A DNA stretch of 32,000 nucleotides from Buchnera aphidicola (Neophyllaphis podocarpi). Lineage in GTDB: Bacteria; Pseudomonadota; Gammaproteobacteria; Enterobacterales; Enterobacteriaceae. Positions 18,047 through 26,929 of the stretch are shown here, in pieces. Numbering within the stretch: position 1 is the stretch's first letter; each line of letters begins with the position of its first letter. The DNA lies in assembly GCF_964059055.1 (NCBI RefSeq), contig NZ_OZ060386.1, forward strand, positions 120,001 to 152,000, written 5' to 3'. The translations under genes and the position numbers were made by a program. The notes beneath the pieces are model-generated. The model was given only the letters and a program-made list of their open reading frames with translations. It had not been told where the DNA came from and did not search any database.

Positions 18047-20828
18047 CTTTACCTTTTATATTATCTATACATCTATTGCATACATTAATATACTCTTGGT
18101 TTTTATTGTTTTGTTTTATATAATGCCAACATCTCTTACATTTAAAACCATTAATTTTTGATAGTACAACTTTAATTTCATTTATATTTTTATTTTTTTC
18201 TTCATGTTTTGTAGAATATTTTTCTATTTTTACATCAGATGTTAATAAAAAAAATTTAATTTCTGTTTTTATTTCATTTAATACTTTTTGTATATTTTTG
18301 TCTGTATATAGTATTATTTCTGATTCTAAAGAGTTTTTAATTACTTTTTTTAATTTAGCTTTTTCTATTATTTTATTAACCTCTTGTCTAACAGACATTA
18401 GTTTATCCCAATATTCATTATTAAATACTTCTTTTTTATTTAATTTGAAAAGACCTTTAAACCATTCTTCTGCTAACATATAGTTTTTATCTTTTCCTGG
18501 TATAAAATTCCATATTTCTTCAGCTGTAAAAGATAGTATTGGAGCTATCCATCTTACTAGAGATTGAATAATATAATATAAAGTTGTTTGACAGCTTTTT
18601 CTGCCTATGCTATTTTTTTGTAGTGTGTATTGTCTATCTTTAATAATATCAAGATATATTGAACCCATATCTATGCTACAAAATTTTATTATATATTTAA
18701 TAACTTTATTAAAATTATATTCTGAATATGATTTAATTATTTTTTTTTGAACATAATATGTTTTATCAATGATCCATTTATCGAATTTTACCATATTATC
18801 TGGCAATATAATATCTTTATCTGGATTAAAATCATATAGATTAGCTAGTATAAATCTAGAAGTATTTCTAATTCTTCTGTAGTTATCTTCTATTCTTTTG
18901 ATTATTTCATTAGATATTGTCATTTCAGTTGTATAATTATTTGATGCAACCCATAGTCTTAAAATATCTGCACCTGAATTACTTATTATATCTTCTGGAT
19001 TAATAGTATTTCCCTCTGATTTAGACATTTTTCTTCCTTTTTTATCTACTACAAATCCATGTCCTATTACTTTTTTATATGGGGGATTGTTATATATTGC
19101 TGTTGAGATCATTAATGAAGACATAAACCATCCCCTGTACTGATCTAATCCTTCTATATATATATCACTAATATATTTATTATTGTTTTTTTTAGTTAAA
19201 TGATTTATTGATCCTGAATCAAACCATACATCTAGTACATCTTTAATTTTAATATAATTTTTATATTTTTTACCTAGTAATTTTTTTATATCTATGTTCC
19301 ACCATGCTGAAATTCCTTCTTTTTCAACATTATTAGCTACTTTTTCCATAATTTTTATAGTTTCAGGGTGTAATATTCCTGTATCTTTATGAATAAATAA
19401 TGGCATAGGAACTCCCCATGTTCTTTGTCTAGAAATACACCAATCTGGACGATTATTAATCATAAATTCCATTCTTTCTTTTCCCCATGAAGGCATCCAT
19501 TTAACATTTTTTATTCCTTGTAGTGATTTTTTTCTTAATTCTTTTTTTTCCATACTAATAAACCACTGCGTTGTAGATCTAAAAATAGTAGGTATTTTAT
19601 GTCTCCAGCAATGAGGATAACTATGTATAATTTTATTATTACTTAGTAATTTTTTCTTTTCATTTATTAATTGAATAATAATTTTGTCAGCTTTTAGTAC
19701 ATTTATTTTATTTAGTAAACAATTGGTTTTATTTGTATAATTACCTTCATTATCTACTATATTTATTGGTTTTATCTTATATTTTTTACTAATGATATAA
19801 TCTTCTAAACCATGATCTGGTGCGGTGTGTACAGCACCTGATCCTGAATTTATGTTTACATGATTACCAAGAATTACAGGTATTTCTCTTTTTATAAATG
19901 GGTGTAAAAGTATTATATGTTCTAAATTACTTCCTTTTATGTTATCTATTATTTTCCAATTATTTATATTAATTCTTTTTATAGTTTTTTTTAATAAATC
20001 TTCCGCAATTATTAAAATTTTATCTTCATATTTGATTAAAATATAATTCAATTGTGGATTTAATGCGACAGCCTGACTAGCTGGTAATGTCCATGGTGTG
20101 GTTGTCCATACTATAATATAAATATTTTTTTCTATATTTTTTTTATTTATAATTTTTTCAATATTTTGATTATTTTTTAATTTAAACAATACATCAATTG
20201 CATAAGATTTTTTATCACAGTATTCTACTTCAGCTTCAGCTAGTGATGAATTACATTCAACACACCAATTTACCGGTCTATATCCTTTTTGTAAATGTCC
20301 ATTTTTAATAATTTTTGAAAGTGATCTTATTATATTTGCTTCTGTTTTAAAATCCATTGTTAAATATGATTTATTCCATTCAGCTAATACACCTAATCTT
20401 ATAAATTCTTTTTTTTGAGATTCTACTTGTTCTTTAGCATATTTTCTGCATTCTTTAATAAATTCTATTTTTGAAATTTTAACTTTATTTTTTTTTATTT
20501 TTTTTTCTACTTTATGTTCTACTGGTAATCCATGACAATCCCAGCATGGTATAAATGGAGCATCGAAACCAGACATTCCTTTAGATTTTATTATTATATC
20601 TTTTAAAATTTTATTTACTGCATGACCTATATGTATTCTACCGTTTGCATATGGAGGACCATCTTGTAAGAAAAATTTTTTCTTTCCTTTTTTTATATTT
20701 CTAATTTTTTCATATAAATTCTCTTTTTTCCATTGTTTTAAAATTAATTTTTCTTTTTTAATTAATTGAGCTTTCATAGAAAATTCAGTTTTAGGTAAAT
20801 TAAGTGTATTCTTGTAGTTTTTTTCCAT
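18024..20828 (-). CDS. ileS: Isoleucine--tRNA ligase
   Basis: 934-aa ORF. Class I signatures PPYANGRIHIGHAVNK (HIGH) and KMSKS. C-terminal zinc motif CKRCWHY...CNRC. It lies between ribF and lspA as in E. coli. Confidence 0.98.
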   Translation of the reverse strand: MEKNYKNTLNLPKTEFSMKAQLIKKEKLILKQWKKENLYEKIRNIKKGKKKFFLQDGPPYANGRIHIGHAVNKILKDIIIKSKGMSGFDAPFIPCWDCHGLPVEHKVEKKIKKNKVKISKIEFIKECRKYAKEQVESQKKEFIRLGVLAEWNKSYLTMDFKTEANIIRSLSKIIKNGHLQKGYRPVNWCVECNSSLAEAEVEYCDKKSYAIDVLFKLKNNQNIEKIINKKNIEKNIYIIVWTTTPWTLPASQAVALNPQLNYILIKYEDKILIIAEDLLKKTIKRININNWKIIDNIKGSNLEHIILLHPFIKREIPVILGNHVNINSGSGAVHTAPDHGLEDYIISKKYKIKPINIVDNEGNYTNKTNCLLNKINVLKADKIIIQLINEKKKLLSNNKIIHSYPHCWRHKIPTIFRSTTQWFISMEKKELRKKSLQGIKNVKWMPSWGKERMEFMINNRPDWCISRQRTWGVPMPLFIHKDTGILHPETIKIMEKVANNVEKEGISAWWNIDIKKLLGKKYKNYIKIKDVLDVWFDSGSINHLTKKNNNKYISDIYIEGLDQYRGWFMSSLMISTAIYNNPPYKKVIGHGFVVDKKGRKMSKSEGNTINPEDIISNSGADILRLWVASNNYTTEMTISNEIIKRIEDNYRRIRNTSRFILANLYDFNPDKDIILPDNMVKFDKWIIDKTYYVQKKIIKSYSEYNFNKVIKYIIKFCSIDMGSIYLDIIKDRQYTLQKNSIGRKSCQTTLYYIIQSLVRWIAPILSFTAEEIWNFIPGKDKNYMLAEEWFKGLFKLNKKEVFNNEYWDKLMSVRQEVNKIIEKAKLKKVIKNSLESEIILYTDKNIQKVLNEIKTEIKFFLLTSDVKIEKYSTKHEEKNKNINEIKVVLSKINGFKCKRCWHYIKQNNKNQEYINVCNRCIDNIKGKGENRQFI

Positions 20829-20840
20829 ATTTATTATTTC

Positions 20841-21779
20841 TTATTTTTTTGTGTTTTTTGAAAAATATAGTTTAGCTATTTCAATATCTTTGCTAATTTG
20901 TTTTTTTAGATTTTTTATAGAATCGAAGCTTTTTTCTGATCTTATTTTTTGATAAAATATTACTTTTATATATTTTCCATATACATCATGTGTTGTATTT
21001 ATAAAATGTACCTCTAATGTATAATTTTTGTTTTTAAATGTAGGTTTTCTTCCAATATTTGCTACGCCATTAATTTTTAAATTATTTAAAATTTTAACTT
21101 TTACTATAAATACTCCTTCAATTGGAAAAATATTTTGTTTAAATTCGATATTAGCAGTAGGAAATCCTATTTTTCTTCCTATTTTATTACCCTGTATTAC
21201 TTTACCAGATAAATAAAAATTATAACCTAATAATTTTTTTGCTAATTTAAAATTATTTTCTTTTAGTGCTTTTCTGATAATAGTACTACTAACTTTTAGT
21301 CCTTGTATATAATAATTTTTAATAATTATGATATTAAAATTATATATTTCTCCATATTTTTTTAATGTTAAATAATTACCTTGAGCTTTATATCCAAAAC
21401 GAAAATCTTTTCCAATATATATATACTTGATATTAAATTTTTTTACTAATATTTTTGTTATAAATTTTTCTGGTTTTATTTTTGAAAAATTTTTATCGAA
21501 TTTTATACATAAAACTTTATCTACTTTTAATTTATATAAGTGATTTATTTTGTTTTTTTTAGAATTTATTCTAATTATAGATTTTTCTTTCATAAAAAAT
21601 TCTATAGGATGAGGTTCAAAAATTATTATTATTAACGAATAGTTATTTTGTATTTTTTTTTTATACGCTTCTAAAATTAATTTTTGGTGACCTAAATGTA
21701 CCCCATCAAAATTACCAATTATTATTATTGATTTTTTTGTTTCTTTTTTTATATCTTTAAAATTTTGTATAATTTTCAT
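20841..21779 (-). CDS. ribF: Bifunctional riboflavin kinase / FMN adenylyltransferase
   Basis: 312-aa ORF. IGNFDGVHLGHQ.L (adenylyltransferase), GKDFRFG, SST.IR.AL, GFPTAN and GVANIG..PTF (kinase). It lies 12 nt upstream of ileS. Confidence 0.92.
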   Translation of the reverse strand: MKIIQNFKDIKKETKKSIIIIGNFDGVHLGHQKLILEAYKKKIQNNYSLIIIIFEPHPIEFFMKEKSIIRINSKKNKINHLYKLKVDKVLCIKFDKNFSKIKPEKFITKILVKKFNIKYIYIGKDFRFGYKAQGNYLTLKKYGEIYNFNIIIIKNYYIQGLKVSSTIIRKALKENNFKLAKKLLGYNFYLSGKVIQGNKIGRKIGFPTANIEFKQNIFPIEGVFIVKVKILNNLKINGVANIGRKPTFKNKNYTLEVHFINTTHDVYGKYIKVIFYQKIRSEKSFDSIKNLKKQISKDIEIAKLYFSKNTKK

Positions 21780-21835
21780 ATATTTTAAAAAAATTTATTT
21801 AAACCATATAGTTTTATATAATTAATTAATATATA

Positions 21836-21865
21836 TTGCAATTCTACAGTTTTAGTTTCTATTAA
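21836..21865 (+). promoter_or_regulatory. Candidate sigma70-type promoter for rpsT (TTGCAA-N18-TATTAA)
   Basis: TTGCAA at 21836-21841 and TATTAA at 21860-21865, with 18 nt between them. It lies about 20 nt upstream of the AGGAGA SD (21873-21878) of rpsT. In about 95% AT spacer DNA such matches arise easily by chance. Confidence 0.3.
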
Positions 21866-21884
21866 AATATATAGGAGATAATAA

Positions 21885-22145
21885 TTGGCTAATATTAAAT
21901 CTGCAAAAAAATATGCAATAATATCTAAGAAAAGAAGAGAAAGTAATATTAGTAAAAAATCTATGATTAAAACATTTATTAAAAAAGTACATAAAGCTAT
22001 TTTGATTAAAAATAAAAAAGATGCTTTATTATTTTTTAATCAATTACAGGCTATTTTGGATCGTTATGCTTCGAGAGGGATTATACACCGAAATAAAGCT
22101 TCTAGAAATAAATCAAAGTTAATGGTTTGTATTAATAAATTATAA
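21885..22145 (+). CDS. rpsT: 30S ribosomal protein S20
   Basis: 86-aa ORF MANIKSAKK....R...N....S..KT.IKKV (E. coli S20 begins MANIKSAKKRA). TTG start codon at 21885, preceded by AGGAGA 6 nt upstream. It is divergent from ribF as in E. coli. Confidence 0.92.
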   Translation: MANIKSAKKYAIISKKRRESNISKKSMIKTFIKKVHKAILIKNKKDALLFFNQLQAILDRYASRGIIHRNKASRNKSKLMVCINKL

Positions 22146-22210
22146 TTATATACACTTAATTATTTTTTAATTGATCTATTTTGTTATTTAGTATATTTGC
22201 ATTAAATTTT

Positions 22211-22241
22211 TTATTGCTTCCTATTTTATAGGAAGCAATAA
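22211..22241. terminator. Perfect 12-bp stem / 7-nt loop hairpin between convergent rpsT and dnaJ (probable intrinsic terminator)
   Basis: ttattgcttcct (22211-22222), loop attttat, aggaagcaataa (22230-22241): an exact inverted repeat. It is followed on the + strand by the T-rich aatatttattttat. It lies 66 nt after the rpsT stop and 15 nt after the dnaJ stop. Confidence 0.55.
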
Positions 22242-22255
22242 AATATTTATTTTAT

Positions 22256-23395
22256 CTATTTTGTTAAGTCATCAAAAAATTTTTTTACTCCATCAAAAAA
22301 TCTTTTAGATTTTGGACTATTTTTGTTTCCTTTTAATCCATTAAAACTATTTCCAAGTTCTTTCATAATATTTTTTTGTTTTATATTCAAGTTTACTGGA
22401 GTTTCTACTATTACTTTACATAATAAATCACCATAAGTTCCACGTCTAATTGATTTTACTCCTTTATTTCTAATTCTAAATAATTTTCCTGTTTGTGTTT
22501 CTTTTGGTATTTTTAGTTTTATTTTATTATCTAATGTAGGTACTTCTACTTCTCCTCCCAGAGCAGCCATTGCAAAATTTATTGGAATTTCACAAAACAA
22601 ATTGTTTTTTTCTCTTTGAAAAATTGGGTGTTGTTTAACTTGAATTTGAATATATAAATCTCCTTTAGGAGCACCATATTCACCAGCCTCACCTTCATTA
22701 ACTAAACGTATTTTATCACCCGTATCTATTCCTGGAGGAATTTTTATTGATAAAGTTTTATATTTTTCTTTTCTTCCATGTCCATTACATGAAATACATG
22801 GTTCTTTTATAAAAGATCCTTTACCATTACATGAAGGACATGATTGTTGTACTGTAAAAAAACCTTTTCTTAAATGAATTTGTCCATTACCATTACATGT
22901 ACTACATTTTTGTATTTTAGTTCCTGGTTTTAGTCCTTTTCCTAAACATGTATCACATGTTTGTAAAATAGGTATTCTTATTTTCTTATTTACTCCTTTG
23001 ACAGCTTCTTCTAGCGTTAATTCAATATTATATTTTAAATCAGATCCTTGTGATGCTTGTTTTTTACTATTATTTCCAAAAATATCACCAAAAACATCAC
23101 CAAAAATATCACTAAAATCTGCTGTGCTAGTAAAAGTACTACTAAATCCTCCATTATTCATATTACCTTGTTCAAAAGCAGAGTGTCCATATTGGTCATA
23201 TGCTTCTCTTTTTTGATGATTACTTAATATTTCGTAAGCTTCTTTTATTTCTTTAAATTTTAATTCAGCATTTTTATCTCCCTGATTTCTATCTGGATGA
23301 TATTTCATTGCTAAACGTTTATATGCTTTTTTTATTTCACGTTCTTTAGCTGATTTTGAAATTCCTAAAATGTTGTAATAATCTTTTTTTGTCAT
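22256..23395 (-). CDS. dnaJ: Chaperone DnaJ (Hsp40)
   Basis: 379-aa ORF. J-domain KDYY.ILG......[20 protein letters not shown] with HPD. G/F-rich region. Four CxxCxGxG zinc motifs ([32 protein letters not shown]). AGGAAAG SD upstream. Confidence 0.98.
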   Translation of the reverse strand: MTKKDYYNILGISKSAKEREIKKAYKRLAMKYHPDRNQGDKNAELKFKEIKEAYEILSNHQKREAYDQYGHSAFEQGNMNNGGFSSTFTSTADFSDIFGDVFGDIFGNNSKKQASQGSDLKYNIELTLEEAVKGVNKKIRIPILQTCDTCLGKGLKPGTKIQKCSTCNGNGQIHLRKGFFTVQQSCPSCNGKGSFIKEPCISCNGHGRKEKYKTLSIKIPPGIDTGDKIRLVNEGEAGEYGAPKGDLYIQIQVKQHPIFQREKNNLFCEIPINFAMAALGGEVEVPTLDNKIKLKIPKETQTGKLFRIRNKGVKSIRRGTYGDLLCKVIVETPVNLNIKQKNIMKELGNSFNGLKGNKNSPKSKRFFDGVKKFFDDLTK

Positions 23396-23424
23396 ACTTA
23401 CTTTCCTGCTATTTACATAAATAC

Positions 23425-23458
23425 ACGGGCCTGGATTTTACATCCACGCCCGTTTTTA
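23425..23458. other. GC-rich stem-loop in the dnaK-dnaJ intercistronic spacer (function unresolved: attenuator/3'-end stabiliser on the - strand, or + strand intrinsic terminator)
   Basis: acgggc(23425-30) c tggat(23432-36) tttac atcca(23442-46) c gcccgt(23448-53): 6+5 bp with one C/C mismatch and a 5-nt loop. It is followed on the + strand by a run of T. It is the only GC-rich segment in the 139-nt spacer. Confidence 0.6.
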
Positions 23459-23534
23459 ATTTTAATTTTTATAATAATTTGTATATAATTTTAAAAATAT
23501 GATTTTTATATTTTTATACAATATTTTTTCTATT

Positions 23535-25460
23535 TTATTTTTTAGGATCTTTAACTTCTTCAAATTCAGCATCTACAACATCATCTTCTTTTTTAATAGA
23601 TGAATTATTTTCTGATTTACTTTTATTTTCTGTTTCTTGTTTCGAGTTTTGATTATTTATATTAACTAATTTAGCAGATTCTTTTAATAATGTTTGTATA
23701 TTATTTTCAATATCTGTTTTGTTTTCTCCTTTCAAAGAATTTTCTAAATTATTTATAGCTATTTCAATTTTTTCTTTTTCAGTATCTGATATTTTAGATA
23801 TATTTTCTTTTATATTTTTTTTAGTGCTATGTATTATTTGGTCAGCTTGATTACGTATTTTAATTAATTCCTCAAATTTTTTATCTGATTCTATGTTAGC
23901 TTCTGCTTCACTAACCATTTTTTTTATTTCTTCTTCAGTTAATCCAGAAGTTGCTTTGATTGTAATTTTTTGTTCTTTTCCTGTATTTTTGTCTTTAGCA
24001 GACACATGTAAAATTCCATCTGCATCTATATCAAATGTTACTTCTATTTGAGGTATACCTCTAGGTGCTGGTTGAATTCCATCTAAATTAAATTGTCCTA
24101 ATGATTTATTATCTAATGCTCTTTTTCTTTCACCTTGCAATACATGTATTGTTACAGCAGATTGATTATCTTCAGCTGTAGAAAATACTTGACTATGTTT
24201 TGTAGGAATAGTTGTATTTTTCCCTATTAGAGAAGTCATAACTCCTCCCATTGTTTCTATTCCTAATGACAAAGGTGTTACATCAAGTAGAAGTACATCT
24301 TTTACTTCTCCTGATAACACTCCTCCTTGAACTGCAGCACCAACTGCAACAGCTTCATCTGGATTTACATCTTTTCTTGGTTCTTTTCCAAAAAATTCAG
24401 CTACTTTTGATTGTACTAGAGGCATTCTTGTTTGTCCGCCTACAAGTATTATGTCATTAATATCTTTTACTGATAGGTTTGCATCTTTTAATGCTGTCTT
24501 TAATGGCTCAATTGATCTAATTATTAAATCTTCTACCAAAGATTCTAGTTTAGAACGTGTTACCTTTATATTTAAATGTTTTGGTCCTGTTGCATCAGCT
24601 GTTATATAAGGTAGATTTACATCTGTTTGTTTAGCAGATGATAGTTCTATTTTTGCTTTTTCGGCTGATTCTTTTAAACGTTGCATTGCTAATGGATCAT
24701 TTATTAAATTTACTCCTTGTTCTTTTTTAAATTCTGATACTAAATATTTAATTAATCTACTATCAAAATCTTCGCCTCCTAAGTGAGTATCACCATTTGT
24801 AGATAAAACTTCGAAAGTTTTTTCTTTATCAACTTCATCTATTTCAATAATTGATATATCAAAAGTTCCTCCACCTAAATCATATACTGCGATTGTGCGA
24901 TTGCCTTCTCCTTTATCTAAACCATAAGCTAAAGCTGCTGCAGTTGGTTCATTTATTATGCGTTTTATTTCCATTCCTGCTATTTTTCCTGCGTCCTTTG
25001 TAGCTTGTCTTTGTGTATCATTAAAATAAGCAGGAACAGTTATAACAGCTGCAGTTACTTTTTCTCCTAAATAATCTTCAGCAGTTTTTTTCATTTTTTT
25101 TAAAACTTCTGCTGATATTTGAGGTGGAGCTATTTTTTGTTTTTTTATTTTTATCCAAGCATCTCCGTTATTAGATTTTATAATTTTGTAAGGCATGATT
25201 TTTATATCACGCTGAACTTCTTCTTCTTCAAATTTTCTTCCTATTAATCTTTTAATAGCAAATAGTGTGTTTTTGGGATTAGTAACTGCTTGACGTTTTG
25301 CTGGTTGTCCTACTAAAATTTCTTCTTCTTGAGTATATGCAATAACTGAGGGTGTTGTTCGATCTCCTTCAGAATTTTCTAATACTCGTGCTTTATTGCC
25401 GTCCATAATAGCAACACAAGAGTTTGTTGTTCCCAAGTCAATACCAATAATTTTACCCAT
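23535..25460 (-). CDS. dnaK: Chaperone DnaK (Hsp70)
   Basis: 641-aa [54 protein letters not shown], and the C-terminus [15 protein letters not shown] as in E. coli DnaK. GAGGAG SD 8 nt upstream. Confidence 0.99.
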   Translation of the reverse strand: MGKIIGIDLGTTNSCVAIMDGNKARVLENSEGDRTTPSVIAYTQEEEILVGQPAKRQAVTNPKNTLFAIKRLIGRKFEEEEVQRDIKIMPYKIIKSNNGDAWIKIKKQKIAPPQISAEVLKKMKKTAEDYLGEKVTAAVITVPAYFNDTQRQATKDAGKIAGMEIKRIINEPTAAALAYGLDKGEGNRTIAVYDLGGGTFDISIIEIDEVDKEKTFEVLSTNGDTHLGGEDFDSRLIKYLVSEFKKEQGVNLINDPLAMQRLKESAEKAKIELSSAKQTDVNLPYITADATGPKHLNIKVTRSKLESLVEDLIIRSIEPLKTALKDANLSVKDINDIILVGGQTRMPLVQSKVAEFFGKEPRKDVNPDEAVAVGAAVQGGVLSGEVKDVLLLDVTPLSLGIETMGGVMTSLIGKNTTIPTKHSQVFSTAEDNQSAVTIHVLQGERKRALDNKSLGQFNLDGIQPAPRGIPQIEVTFDIDADGILHVSAKDKNTGKEQKITIKATSGLTEEEIKKMVSEAEANIESDKKFEELIKIRNQADQIIHSTKKNIKENISKISDTEKEKIEIAINNLENSLKGENKTDIENNIQTLLKESAKLVNINNQNSKQETENKSKSENNSSIKKEDDVVDAEFEEVKDPKK

Positions 25461-25607
25461 TATTTAATTTCTCCTCTAAAATTTTTGATTAATTGGGTTT
25501 TTAACTTTTATGCGCCCATTTTTTTGGCTTTTAATTAACTGAATATATTTCATATAGTATAGTTATTATTTTTAATTTTTATTATTTAAATAAGACTTAA
25601 TACCCAT

Positions 25608-25638
25608 TAAATGGGGTCTTTTTGTATTTGATCAAGGG
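25608..25638 (-). promoter_or_regulatory. sigma32 (RpoH) heat-shock promoter of dnaK-dnaJ
   Basis: The minus strand reads aaaCCCTTGATcaaatacaaaaagACCCCATTTAatggg. E. coli dnaK P1 as I remember it reads CCCCCTTGATGACGTGGTTTACGACCCCATTTAGTAG. Both have TTGA, then 15 nt, then CCCCATTTA. The predicted start near 25600 gives a leader of about 140 nt. Confidence 0.75.
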
Positions 25639-25698
25639 TTTAGACCAAAAAAAATATATTTGTTATTACTTTTATATATTGTTATTTTTTATTTTATA

Positions 25699-25725
25699 TT
25701 GCTATTATATAAATTATGCTATAAT
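25699..25725 (+). promoter_or_regulatory. Candidate sigma70-type promoter for the nuo operon (TTGCTA-N15-TATAAT)
   Basis: TTGCTA at 25699-25704 and TATAAT at 25720-25725, about 30 nt upstream of the nuoA ATG. The spacer is short (15 nt) and the background is nearly pure AT, so this is weak. Confidence 0.22.
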
Positions 25726-25755
25726 TTAAATTAAATTAAAAATAAATAAATAACA

Positions 25756-26154
25756 ATGTATATTATAAATACAGATGAACTGTTAAATTTTTTTATATTT
25801 TTTTTATTTTCTCTTAGTTTTTGTTTTTTAATGTTGCTAGCAGGTTATTTTTTAGGAGGAAAATCTTATTCCAGATATAAAAATGTTCCGTTTGAATCTG
25901 GAATTTCTTCATTTGGTAGTAGTAAAATTCGTTTTGCTGTTAAATTTTATTTAATTGCAATGTTTTTTATAATTTTTGATATAGAAACTATGTATTTATA
26001 TGTTTGGGCAGTATCTGTAAAAGAAATTGGTATTTTTGGATTTTTTGAGGTTTGTTTTTTTGTCTTTGTTATTTTAATTAGCTTACTATATCTAGTAAAA
26101 AATCAAGCACTCAATTGGACTCCTACTTCCAATAGTGAATCATTAACTGAATAA
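25756..26154 (+). CDS. nuoA: NADH-quinone oxidoreductase subunit A
   Basis: 132-aa three-helix membrane [15 protein letters not shown]....F..KFYL.AMFF.IFD.E..YL..W and LDWTP match E. coli NuoA. It is the first gene of a nuoA-G run. Confidence 0.93.
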   Translation: MYIINTDELLNFFIFFLFSLSFCFLMLLAGYFLGGKSYSRYKNVPFESGISSFGSSKIRFAVKFYLIAMFFIIFDIETMYLYVWAVSVKEIGIFGFFEVCFFVFVILISLLYLVKNQALNWTPTSNSESLTE

Positions 26155-26177
26155 TAAACATAATTAATAGATATTAT

Positions 26178-26852
26178 ATGAAATATACTTTAACTCCAAT
26201 AAAAAAAAAATATATATCAGGTAAAACTAGTAGTAAAAGTAGTAATAATAGTGAAAAAAATTTTGTTAAAACAGAATCAGCTAAAAATGTGTATTTTGGC
26301 AGCTTAAAAAAAGCTATAAATAGTATAGTTAATTGGGGTAGAAAAAACTCTTTATGGCCTTATAATTTTGGTTTATCTTGTTGTTATGTTGAAATGGTAA
26401 CCGCTTTTACTTCTTTTCATGATGTATCTAGATTTGGGTCTGAAGTATTAAGGGCATCGCCTAGACAAGCAGATTTTATGGTTATTGCAGGTACTCCTTT
26501 TATCAAAATGGCTCCTGTAATCAAGCGTTTATATGATCAAATGCTAGAACCTAAATGGGTCATTTCTATGGGTGCTTGTGCTAATTCAGGAGGAATGTAT
26601 GATATATATTCAGTTGTGCAGGGTGTAGATAAATTTTTACCGGTAGATGTATATATTCCAGGATGTCCTCCTCGTCCTGAATCTTATTTACAAGCTCTTA
26701 TGTTATTACAAAAATCTATATCACATGAAAAAAGACCTTTATCTTGGTTATTAGATAATAATGTCTATAAAAAAAATATAACATCTGAAAGAAAAATAAG
26801 ACATAAAAATAGAATTAAAGTAAAATATCTGCGTAATCAAGATAAAGTATAA
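26178..26852 (+). CDS. nuoB: NADH-quinone oxidoreductase subunit B
   Basis: 224-aa ORF. MKYTLT (E. coli MDYTLT), [46 protein letters not shown], and PGCPPRP (N2 cluster ligands). Confidence 0.96.
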   Translation: MKYTLTPIKKKYISGKTSSKSSNNSEKNFVKTESAKNVYFGSLKKAINSIVNWGRKNSLWPYNFGLSCCYVEMVTAFTSFHDVSRFGSEVLRASPRQADFMVIAGTPFIKMAPVIKRLYDQMLEPKWVISMGACANSGGMYDIYSVVQGVDKFLPVDVYIPGCPPRPESYLQALMLLQKSISHEKRPLSWLLDNNVYKKNITSERKIRHKNRIKVKYLRNQDKV

Positions 26853-26929
26853 TTATTTTTTATCTTATATAATTCATATTATTTTAATTAATTTAATAAT
26901 AATCTAATTTTTTGTAAAATAAAACTACT

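Noticed and set aside
22174-22266. An exact 13-nt direct repeat atctattttgtta (22174-22186 and 22254-22266) flanking the rpsT/dnaJ terminator hairpin, superficially like a target-site duplication around a small inserted element.
   Set aside because: With about 40/40/10/10 base composition the per-position match probability is about 0.34. That makes 0.34^13 about 8e-7 per pair. Across roughly 3e6 pairs within 100 bp in this window, a couple of such repeats are expected by chance. The second copy is also inside the dnaJ coding end.
24251-24460. A 69-aa L/H/Q-rich ORF antisense to dnaK.
   Set aside because: Antisense open frames in hsp70 genes are a known by-product of their codon structure. 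Nothing in the sequence (SD, conservation, motif) supports expression here.
25510-25542. A small GC island tgcgcccattttttt in the dnaK leader. It contains a 10-codon mini-ORF (MRPFFWLLIN) on the + strand and a CCCAT resembling a second sigma32 -10.
   Set aside because: There is no TTGA-type -35 at 13-15 nt on either strand. The mini-ORF has no SD and is on the strand opposite the leader. The island could be a remnant of the E. coli P2 region, but I cannot support that from sequence alone.
25592-25625. A palindrome cccat-taa-atggg nested in aagac...gtctt and followed by TTTTT, resembling a + strand intrinsic terminator upstream of dnaK.
   Set aside because: The G/C bases are the CCCCAT -10 element of the sigma32 promoter read on the other strand. 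Nothing is transcribed on the + strand upstream that would need terminating. The outer stem needs a 6-nt bulge.
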